Source: Lepidodermella squamata
Taxonomy: Eukaryota > Animalia > Gastrotricha
Direction: 5' to 3'
DNA length: 64,000 nt
NCBI GenBank assembly: GCA_047495785.1
Contig: JBLDXI010000055.1
Coordinates: 248,001 to 312,000 of the forward strand
A model generated the notes under the pieces. That model had not been told where the DNA came from. It did not search any database and was given only the letters and a program-made list of their open reading frames with translations. Below, piece by piece: positions 1 to 10,298 of the stretch (within the stretch, counting starts at the first letter, position 1; each line of letters begins with the position of its first letter). Made by a program: the position numbers and the translations under genes.

Positions 1-403
1 TCTGCCCTATGTGCAAGGCTGGAAAAGCAGAATAGACGAGAGTTTTTCCAAAATAACGCAAAATAATAGTGCTCAGATTTTTTCTATTTGTTTCTGGATG
101 CCATCATACTTTTAATGTTATATGGGACTTCTATATATAAGTGTTTCTTTGTTTTTCTTCATTATTTTCCATTCTACTTATCTTAACCAATCAATCATCT
201 GAATTGATCTGAAGAAAATGACCAAGGTGTACATTGTACAATCATGTCCATCCGAGTGATCCTATGTATGCAACTCTTTCAATTTAGGTCAGATTTGGGC
301 TGGCACCGTGGATAAAATCCCTACTCAGCACATTTTCGCTTGTTGGCACCAACTTCCGGCCCCTTGCGCGCTGTAATCTTGCTCAAATAAACGGTTTAAT
401 TTT

Positions 404-629
404 TTATCAAAAGTGCGCTTTTTGGCGAACGAAATGACCCGACGGTCCGCAGTGACGGCTACGATTTGATAAGATAATAACTCGTCAATTAGCTATTTCC
501 TGTTTCGATGGCCTGGCTGGCTGTGCCAATTTGCATGAATAATGACCGAACTCTGGCCGCTTATCTCTTCAAAAAACACGACTTGCCGGTGCTCAAGGCC
601 TTCTCGGGTAAAGTCCGCGGGTATAAAAG
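404..629 (+). promoter_or_regulatory. Cathepsin L promoter: four WGATAA sites plus TATA box
   Basis: TTATCA 404, TGATAA 467, AGATAA 472, TTATCT 561; TATAAAA at about 623, roughly 50 nt upstream of the ATG. Confidence 0.55.
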
Positions 630-675
630 CTCCCTGAATTTTCGACGAGCATAAGTTTTTCTTTTATCCTTAAAC

Positions 676-1730
676 ATGTTCAAGACCGCCTGCATTCTCG
701 CCGTAGCTCTCGCCCTCGCCTCGTGCAACCCTTTTGAAGAGGTTGACATGTGGCAGAGCTTCCGTCAGACCCACAACAAGGTCTACGAAAGCGAAGCCGA
801 AGCCCTGTTCCGCCAGCAAGTCTTCAACGAAAATCTCAGGTACATCGAGAACCACAACCGCGAAGCTGATGCTGGTCTGCACACCTATTACCTCGGCCTG
901 AACGAATACGCCGATATGACGAACGAAGAGTTCCAGGCCGTCATGCTCGCCACCAAGGTTGACTTGACCAAAAAGTTGCGCAACCCTGTCGACGAAAGCC
1001 TGAAGAACGTCCGCGACTTGCCAACTGAAGTCGACTGGCGCCCGAAGGGTTACGTCACTGGCATCAAGAACCAGGGTCAATGCGGCTCGTGCTGGTCTTT
1101 CTCAGCCACTGGTTCAGTCGAAGGCCAACACTTCAAGGCTACTGGCAAGTTGGTCTCGCTCTCTGAGCAGAACCTCGTCGACTGCTCGACTCCTCAGGGC
1201 AACGAAGGTTGCAACGGTGGATTGATGGACCAAGCCTTCCAATACATCATCAGCAACCAGGGTATTGACACCGAAGCCTCGTACCCGTACGAAGCTCGCG
1301 ATGGCAAATGCCGATTCAACAAGGCCAACGTCGCCGCCACCATTTCGTCCTTCAAGGACATCCCGACTGGCAACGAAACTGCGCTGGCTGCTGCCGTTGC
1401 CACCGTTGGCCCGATCTCAGTCGCCATTGATGCATCGAAATTGTCATTCCAGTTCTACCGCAAGGGTGTCTACAATAAGAAGCGCTGCTCGTCCACTGAG
1501 CTCGACCACGGCGTCCTCGCTGTCGGTTACGGAAGCGACAACGGTAATAACTACTGGCTCGTCAAGAACTCATGGGGAACTTCGTAAGTGATTTTGCATG
1601 AATACATTCATCATTCATTTCATGTTACTCTCTATTTTCCAGTTGGGGCCAACAGGGCTACATCTGGATGTCCAAGGACAAGAACAACCAATGCGGCATT
1701 GCCACCTCTGCCAGCTACCCGATCGTCTAA
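676..1730 (+). CDS. CTSL: Cathepsin L-like papain-family (C1A) cysteine protease precursor; exons 676-1583, 1643-1730
   Basis: Signal peptide, ERFNIN-type prodomain ([20 protein letters not shown]), catalytic [17 protein letters not shown] and YWLVKNSWG motifs. A 59-nt GT-AG intron completes the C-terminus ...[18 protein letters not shown] at about 1832. Confidence 0.95.
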
Positions 1731-2845
1731 TTAGCAGCAGATAATATCACCTATGATGAAAAGACTCCATTTTACCAAGCTCTGATAAGATAATTGTGTA
1801 CTTATATTCGCATCTACTCCTTAAAAATGCGAATAAAAATTATTTCAGCATACAAAAACTGGATTTTTTGTTTTTTGTATTAGATTCCTTTCATCAGGCT
1901 CGCGAGCACTAGCGGCACGCGCGACCATGAAAAATAATATGATGACCGCTTCATCATTCATAACAGCTTTAATTGGCGTCGAAAAATTGTGATCGCTGCT
2001 AAAAATGTTTGTCCGCAGCGCGCGTTATTCGTTCGTTTTGTGCGCGTCCGCGCGACAAACAATACTTCGAAAATATTGGGCACGCTTTGCCGGATCAACA
2101 TGTCGCGAAGAATAATTATTTTTTCTACTTTATTTGCCTTGGCCAGAGGGTGTTGCCACATGTGGCGGCCAAGATGGAGTCAAGATAGAGGGACTGCAAA
2201 CAAAGGCCACAACCCTTTTCGCCTATGCATGAATTGAAGAATTCCACTTCAAGATTAATTCTGTATTGACGTAAAAGTTCCAAATTTACAAATTACCCAA
2301 CATCCGTCTTGAGATGTTTTTAATGTTATTCTTGGCTGTTTTCTATTTCCTGTTTTTATTGGGACTTCAGTACTAGCTTATAGCGAAATTTTCAAAAACG
2401 TAATTGAAATGCTGACTCCACTTCCCGGAATCATCACCTTTCCATTCCAACTTTTTTATTTATCTCTATGGAGCCCATTCTCTGTGAAGCATCTGTACGC
2501 AGCGAAATGTTAGCGATTATCTCTCGTGAATAATTCTATACAACGCACGATCTTCCGCTAATACGCTATTTGCGACAGCTTGCTTTCGCATTATCATACA
2601 TGCAGACACTTGTGCCAAGAACCAGCCAGAATTAGAAATTAGAATAATATTCCTCTATAGGCGTATTCAGCTTTCCAATTTCCAATTACTCGAAATAAAC
2701 TGCCTCATTATCTCTGGAAACCTTTAGGAGGCGAATTTGAAGAGTCATGGCCATATCTTCGAGATTCGTTTTTTCGGCGACCTTAATTAAAAATTATGAT
2801 TAATAGAAAATAAAGTATGATTATTTGACGTTTTATTACGGCAGT

Positions 2846-3330
2846 ATGGCAAACCTTGCCATTTCAACCCGTTCCTTGTGTATTCGATTTGGGCTTACTT
2901 TGTTTTTCATCTTCCAATTACAAACTTTGAACAGCCAACCGCTTTCTTCGCCAGCTGTTTCAGGTTAATCATCCTTTGTTTTCATTTTTAATTTAATTTT
3001 AATTATTTGTCAATTATTTTCTAGATAACCCCAATGTCGACGCGACAGCACCTTCCTTCGCTGGGAGCGTTCTATTTCCAACGCAGACACTTCTGAACGA
3101 GAACAAGAGAGCAGCCTTTTCGGGATTCTTCGGGACTACAACTATGCCGGTTTACTTGAAGGTATAAAAATCATAAATCTATAACTTTGCTTAATTTAAA
3201 TCAATGCCCACAGAAAGGTTACAAAGATTTGGATTACCGCGAAAAGCTGTTGCGAAGCTTTGGTTATCCCCAAAAGCAGCCACTGAGTGTCGATTCTTTG
3301 TTTGACAGTTTCCTTCATTTTAAGTCATAG
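2846..3330 (+). CDS. Small secreted protein / putative peptide precursor, 123 aa; exons 2846-2963, 3025-3161, 3214-3330
   Basis: Two GT-AG introns (61 and 52 nt) join three open exons in phase. Hydrophobic N-terminus (RFGLTLFFIFQLQTLNS), dibasic KR and KK sites, AATAAA at 3403. Not on the ORF track. Confidence 0.7.
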
Positions 3331-3525
3331 TTTGATGATAATGCTATCGTTGATCAAGTTGTCTTACCTCTGTTTTGGTCTTTCAATTTCACATTTTCGA
3401 GCAATAAATATCCTTGGGAAGATGAAAAAATGCGCATTTTTGAAATTTAAAAATCCCCCTTAAAATGTGGCAGAAATTTTGTGTTTATTGCGTTTTCGAA
3501 ATGTTTTCCTACTTTTCTCAAAACA

Positions 3526-5233
3526 ATGAGGCGTTTCCTGTGGCTAGCGCTTCTATGGTACGTTTGCGCCTCCCAAGAGCTCACTTCATTGGAGACTGCG
3601 GCACCAACTTCAATTGTTCAAGCTAACGAGAGCTTCACTACCGCTAAGCCGCTGAATTTTCCAAAGGTTATTGGTGATCTAAATCTGGTTGATTGGAAAG
3701 CTTCCAATCACACGCAACTATCAGATTCAGCTGCAAACCATTCAAATCAAACGCTGCCGACATTTCGCTTTGCTTGCAACCATGATAGCAATGTGCATAT
3801 AAAGTTTCAGAACGTGTGTTTCTCGCTGATTCAATCAATTTTGTTTTTCTATTTATATGTTTTCTTTCTGCAGGCGTCAGAATTTTGTTTTGCTCCGCAG
3901 CCAAGCTTGTTTCTGGATCGTGTCTCAAGCGGGAACCAAGAATACTTCCACATTGCTGGCAATGTCGTCAGCGAGATCGGTTGTGGTAAAATTTAAATTC
4001 TCCAATCCATTCGGATCTTCGCTAATTTTATTAATTTATAGCAAGGGCTTCATGTAGCGTTCTGCCGCAAATTCATGTTCGATTCCATGAGCAAAACACC
4101 ACGTCAACAGTTCGCGACTTACCAAAAGCAGTGGTTCAGAATGGGTCCATCTATATCGAAATTAATAACGGTCGGATTATTTTCGAAGTTGTACCTGTGA
4201 AACATGAAAGCATTCAAGACTACACCGAAATCGAATTTTGTAAAGAAACTGATTTCAAGCTTGAGACGTCAACGGTTAGCAAGAGCCCAAGCTCTGGCGG
4301 TCGAACCTTGCGCAAAGTTGTCGGCAAAGCCCGCGCAGTTTCGAAGTTCATCGCTCTTCCAAAGAGAACAAAGCCCATGCGTTCGAAGAACAATACTGGA
4401 AGTCTCAACTCAACGAGTAATGGAAAGAATCATTCGCAGATTCAGGAACTGTCAAGCACCTCTAATTTAACAGATCTGATTGTTGATGCTGACGAGACCA
4501 ATGAAGACGTGAATAATACCATTGCGGAGAGTTTTTTGACGTCTGGTAGTAATGTTTCGGAAATCTCATCTCGATCCGCTGATATCGAAGTTGGAAGTTA
4601 CGAGTTTGACTTTACCACTGATTTGGCCGTCTTTCCGTATCCAATGAGGCTCATCAAACGAAGTCATCAACCTTCGTCAGAGGATCAACCCAAGCGCGAA
4701 ACAAAATCCTCGCAGGAACTGGTAAAATCTGCTGTCGTGTATGTAAGCTCTCGGCCAGTTGTGGAGTGCAATGTTGGATGCAGACCGAAAGGTTCGGCTG
4801 GACTCAATCAGTGCGGCTCTGACGGCTTTTTCGACATCGATATGAATGCTTGCGGTTAGTTTATAATAAGCCAATCTGATACATTTTCCTTGATACTTTT
4901 GTTTCAGAATGCACTTCTGAGCGAGATCATTACTTGATTATGACTATCATGTCCAAGGGAATCTCCAATTCGAAGCATAATTCGAAGATTGAAGTGGGTG
5001 GACCGCTGTACCAAGGCGGTCTTTCAAGCGGGGCAATCTGGGCACTTGGCCTCATCTACCTCGGCAGCTTCATAATTATCATTGCTATTCTGGGTTTGTG
5101 CCTTCTTCGTTTCCAGCAGCAGGTGGCCCAACCACAAGTCGTAGTGGTCTCGCTTAAGCGTCAAAATTCATCAGCTAATCAAATTCTTTCGGAAATGGAA
5201 CACTCAGAAGCTGAACTAGTTACTACTGTCTAA
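3526..5233 (+). CDS. Uncharacterised type I membrane glycoprotein (about 510 aa, 4 exons)
   Basis: Signal peptide MRRFLWLALLWYVCA. Introns 3814-3873, 3986-4041 and about 4855-4907 link ORFs 3481, 4131 and 4934 in frame. Many N-x-S/T sites, a Cys-rich juxtamembrane segment, TM helix AIWALGLIYLGSFIIIIAILGLCLL, AATAAA at about 5285. Confidence 0.75.
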
Positions 5234-5581
5234 TTAATCTTAACATCCGTCGAATTAATTGTTCCAGGTTCAAGTTCAAACAGCAATAAAATAAATTAAC
5301 CGGTCACAATTTTATTACCAAAATATCACTACCTGGGGTTGATTTTATCAAGAGTCAAGTTGAGAGAAACTAATTAAGAGAAACCTCACAATATGCACAT
5401 CGGAAAGCAACAAACTCCCGCTAACTTGGTTACAGACAAACAGACACCGAGATTTTAGTCATCGGTTAAATTTGTGCAACAAAAAATAGATCATTGGCAG
5501 CTTCAAATTAGATTACGAGCCAGACATATCGCTTAGATTAGTCTTCAGGAAGTACAAACGATTTTCATTCCGCCAACTTTA

Positions 5582-6917
5582 TCAATAACTCATGATTTGC
5601 TTCACAGCGTCGAAACAGCGCCATTTGTCAGGGACGTAGAACGGCTCGTAAACGTGAGGAAACGGTGTGTCCCAGCCACACACTCTTTGAACAGGTGCTT
5701 CCAAATGCAAGAAGCATTCCTTCTGTACAGTGGCGGCGATTTCAGCACCGAACCCTTGCGTGATAGGCGCTTCGTGAGCGATAATCAAGCGGCCAGTTTT
5801 CTTGACAGACTAAAAAAACTCAAGATGAAACTACTTCTTCTAGGGGATGAAAACTTACGTTGATAATCGTCTCCCGGTCCCAAGGTAGAATTGTTCGCAG
5901 ATCTATGACTTCGCATGAAACGTTCAGGTCTTTTTGTGCCATATCGGCGACTTCTCGAAGGATGTGAACCTGGGTGCCCCATCCTAGCAAAGTGACGTCT
6001 TTGCCACCACGGATAACTTCGGCGACTGAAAGAGGAAGGGTGTATGCTCCAACTGGGACGTTTTCAACGGCAGCACGATATAATATTTTAGGTTCGAAAA
6101 ACAGGCATGGATTTTTATCGCGGATACACGAGAGAAGGAGTCCCTTGGCCTGAATTGGGCCGCGAGGTATTACAACCTTCAAACCAGGCACATGAGCGTA
6201 GAATGCCTCCACTGACTGAGAGTGATATAAAGCACCGTGCCCAACAGCCATGCATGGAGCTCTGATGGTCAGACCCCCAACGTTAAACTGATTTCCCGAT
6301 CGATAACGAAATTTGGCAGCTTCGTTAACAATTTGATCGAATGCTGGATGGATATAATCAGCGAACTGGATTTCAGTTATCGAAGTTCCACCCATGGCAG
6401 CATAACCGATTCCGAACGCGGCAATGCCTTGTTCGCAAAGTGGCGTATTAAACACGCGATCAGCTCCTAATAAAGACACCCAACAGTCCAAATGCAATCA
6501 TTTTTAATAATGCATATTTGAACTCAGAAATAAACGGAACGCACCGTATTTTTTGCGCAGGCCGACGCTACAGCGGAAAACTCCGCCAAACGCAACATCC
6601 TCGCCAAAAACAACTACATTGGCACAATATTAAGATAAAACGTATCAACTTAATTGAACACTTACTAGCAGATGAGTCTGAAGCCATAGCGTTATCCATA
6701 GCACTTGTGATAGCTTCAAACAGGTTCATTTTAGCCGCCTCTCCTGAATATCACAAGTGAAATAGTTTAGAGAAATATAAAATAGGAACCGACCATGCTC
6801 TTTGGATGGATTTTCGGGAACATATGTAAAATATGCTGAACTGAATCTGGCGTGGACTCTCGGCAATTGTGACTGCAAAGGCTGCAAAAGCCGCGAAGCA
6901 AAGGAGATTAATGACAT
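5582..6917 (-). CDS. BCKDHB: Branched-chain keto acid dehydrogenase E1 beta subunit, mitochondrial
   Basis: Motifs [68 protein letters not shown]. Mitochondrial-type N-terminus; several short GT-AG introns. Confidence 0.95.
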
Positions 6918-8969
6918 GACGTAATCCCTAAATCAAAACATATAAACATATAAACATATAAACAGAAAACGGCGGATTTTCATACAATCCGCAATGGTAC
7001 CACGCCAAATTTTACAAAGTGTCATCGCCGTTACCCTTCCGTTACCCGGGTATCACCCGAACATGGATCATGGCAATGCTGATGGTGATAGCAACGAAGA
7101 TTTTTAGCACAATCCTGGCGACGCAGGATCGAATCAACGCCGCTGTTTCAACGCTGCTGAATGATTTCGGCGGACCCTGGTTTTGATTTAAATCCAGTTC
7201 TTCAGGCGTTGGCCTCCCTACTAGATATTGACAGAACGCAGTCAACACGTGTTGCTGATCTGGAAGGATGCAACTGCGCTTTAGAGTCAACAAACTGGAA
7301 CAACAAATTGAAATCAACTCCTACGATCTTCCCAGCGACTTTTTCTAAGTTTTTCTACTGCAGCTTACTACTAACAATGCATTTCATCCTTTCACCCTAT
7401 AGAGATCAGGCTATTCCCATTTTCTGCCTGCTGGCTATAGGATCTGGCGGAACATTTTTTGTTTTGGTGCGATGTCACTTGTCACCGATTCTCGTCGCTG
7501 CTAGAATGGAATCGGAGGATGGGACGGATGTCCCCGCACAAGGCGCTTACTGCGAATCTGGTCGTGTTTCGATCGTCACTTCAAGCTTTTAAGCGGCTAT
7601 AAATGAACAACCTTCCCGCGTTAAAAGAAAGCTCAAATTAACATTCTGAGGTAATAGTGATTAATTAGTTGTAAATAGTATATTTCCCCATCCCCGTGAT
7701 AAAATAACGTAACTGGATCTGTCTGAGGCGATACAAATAAAATTGCCCTCAATTCGGTGCTCAATGAAGTGGATCGTGCTGAGAAAGAACTGGGCAATAT
7801 TGGTCTGAAAAGACTCTTGAAACCAGAAATTAATCGGGTAATGGCGAAAATGGCTGTCAGGAACTGTCAGATATATGAAAAATACGGTTGCTCTGGAGTA
7901 GCTCGTAACGTACAACGTAGGTACAACAAAATGTTGTTCTAGGCAGAAAGCTAACGACAGCCAACACGTAAATGTAGGAGTAACCATAAAAGATTATCTA
8001 CGAATTCAAAAATGAAGGTGATCACCAAAACTGCAATGTTCCCAGTCAGATTCTTTGGTCAGTTGGAGAAGCGGCCGCGTTGCTGAAAGCTGACAGCCTA
8101 GAGAGCAGGGCGCAGAGGGCGAAAAACGAAAAAAACGACCGCAGAAAAAGCTCACTTGAAAAATTTCCCGCGCTTTAGAAATTTTAAATATATTAATCAT
8201 GATGCTTTACAACTTGCATTGAATTTTTAAATTATTTCAAATTTTAAGTGAAAATGGGCGCCTTCCATGCGCTTATTTTTGTTCGCGGAAAACTGATGAT
8301 TTGCGCTGGCGGCGCGTGCGGCGCTTTCAGCCTTCGTTTCTCGGTTGCTGATAGGTGCTTGCTGCTTGCCGAAGAAACGTGTTCGCTCACCTCTTACCTT
8401 GCTTACGCGCTGTTCGCTTTGTGCGAACCAGCTGCTTTAAGACGCAAGACGCGTTCTGATAGCGGATAGCGGTCCGCTAGCGCTTACTTTCAATTCGAGG
8501 TTTCAAATGGAAGACATCCTGAGTTTTCACTGTTGAAGTTTGAAGTGCTATATCGTGATCTTCATCGTAGATCGCAGTTTCTATATGTCGACTTTTCACT
8601 ATCTGGATCTTCTATGAAGCGATGTCATGTTCCATGTTCCACGCTCCATGCTTTCCTCGTTACGTTGTATTTTCGATGGGGCTTTTTAGAGCCATCATGA
8701 AACATATAGCGAGAAACGAGAAAGGTGTGGTCTTGCAATTTTGGTTAACCGGATATCCATTGTTGATTAGTGATAGGCGATAGGTCTTAAATCTTGTATA
8801 AAATATGTTAGTATTATAGATTATAGACTATCGACTATCAGAGATTTTATCTTTTACACTGAGAAGCAAACAGAAATGAGAAAACTATTGCTCTTCAATG
8901 CAACTGCTCTGCTCGTTTTAACTAACTTGCTTTATTTTTCTAGCTTTAATTGTTGTGTTTTGCTTTGAA

Positions 8970-10090
8970 ATGTCCGGAAGAGGTGGATTCGGTGGAGGTG
9001 GCCGTGGTGGTTTTGGAGGCGGCGGCCGTGGAGGTTTTGGGGGCGGAGACCGCGGGGGCAGGGGAGGTATAATGATTGTTTCTCATCAGTATTTTTCGCA
9101 TTGCTTTAATGATAATGATTGCAGGTTTTCGCGGCGGGCGCGGTGGATTTGATGGTGGCCGAGGAGGTATTTAGTTTAGAGTTATATTTGATTCATATGA
9201 CGTGATATACTATAGGTGGCCGAGGCCGTGGTGGACCACCAGGCAGAGGAGGAGGCCGCGGCCGTGGCGGTGCTCGTGGTGGTATGAGGGGTGGCAAGAA
9301 AGTCGTCATTGAGCCCCACAAGTTTGAAGGAATTTTCATTGTTCGTGGTAAAGAAGATGCTCTTGTCACTCGCAACATGGTTCCTGGTGAATCTGTGTAC
9401 GGCGAGAAGCGTGTCTCTGTTCCATTGTCCGACGCTAAGGCCATGTTGGGTGATCAAGCGGTTGTTGTTGGCCAAGAAAATCAGATGGATACCGATGCCA
9501 TGGATAGCGTTGCAGCCAAGATTGAATACCGTGTGTGGAATCCTTTCCGCTCCAAGTTGGCTGCCGCCGTTCTAGCCGGTATTGGTGATATCCACATCAA
9601 GCCCGGTTCACGCGTTCTTTATCTTGGCGGAGCTTCTGGCACTACGGTCAGTCACGTCTCCGACCTTGTTGGTCCTGAAGGTGTAGTATACGCTGTCGAG
9701 TTCTCTCACCGATCTGGCCGTGATTTGCTCAATGTTGCGAAGAAACGCCCCAATGTTGTGCCCATCATCGAAGATGCTCGCCATCCCCACAAGTATCGGA
9801 TGCTGGTCGGCGGCGTTGACACTGTATTCGCTGATGTTGCTCAACCTGATCAAGCGCGTATCGTCGCTATCAACGCTCATCACTTTTTGAAAAACGGCGG
9901 CTTTGTTGTTGTTTCAATTAAGGCGAACTGCATCGATTCGACAGCGAATGCTGAAGCTGTCTTCGCGGGCGAAGTGCAAAAATTGAAAAGCGAGAAGGTG
10001 AAGCCACTTGAGCAAATTACCCTTGAGCCATATGAGCACGACCACTGCTGCTTTGTCGGTCAGTATCGTCCTGCTCCGAAAGCTAAATAG
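8970..10090 (+). CDS. FBL: Fibrillarin (rRNA 2'-O-methyltransferase); exons 8970-9066, 9125-9166, 9216-10090
   Basis: RGG/GAR N-terminus, [51 protein letters not shown]. Confidence 0.96.
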
Positions 10091-10298
10091 ACCAGATTAG
10101 AAGATGAGTGGTGGACTTGTCTGGATTCCATTTGTGCTGATACAAAGATAAATCTTGTCTGATGAAAAATGATGTTTATATGCTCTTGGCTGTTTCGCTA
10201 GTAAATCATTTTATAAATATCTAACCCCTTTCTCTTCCAGCTATTGCGCATTATGTCAACTTTTTTAATTCAATTCTACTTTGTCGTTTAGGGTTTTA

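Noticed and set aside
670-1591. Antisense and alternate-frame ORFs over cathepsin L (and similar ones over most genes)
   Set aside because: Shadow ORFs caused by codon bias of the real CDS; no recognisable motifs.
2300-2790. Possible extra small gene (exon-like AYSAFQFPITRNKLPHYLW... after an acceptor at 2660)
   Set aside because: I could not build a consistent start and splice model on either strand.
6938-6964. (CATATAAA)3 tandem upstream of BCKDHB
   Set aside because: Short simple repeat; no evidence of function.
7757-7942. 61-aa basic ORF that superficially suggested a small mitoribosomal protein
   Set aside because: No diagnostic motif and no credible start or exon structure.
8290-8460. 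TGATGA...CTGA as a C/D snoRNA near fibrillarin
   Set aside because: Too long, no terminal stem and no recognisable rRNA guide.
8715-8770. AG|GT followed by Sm-like AATTTTGG as a possible SL RNA gene
   Set aside because: Flanking stem-loops are not convincing; may be a chance match.
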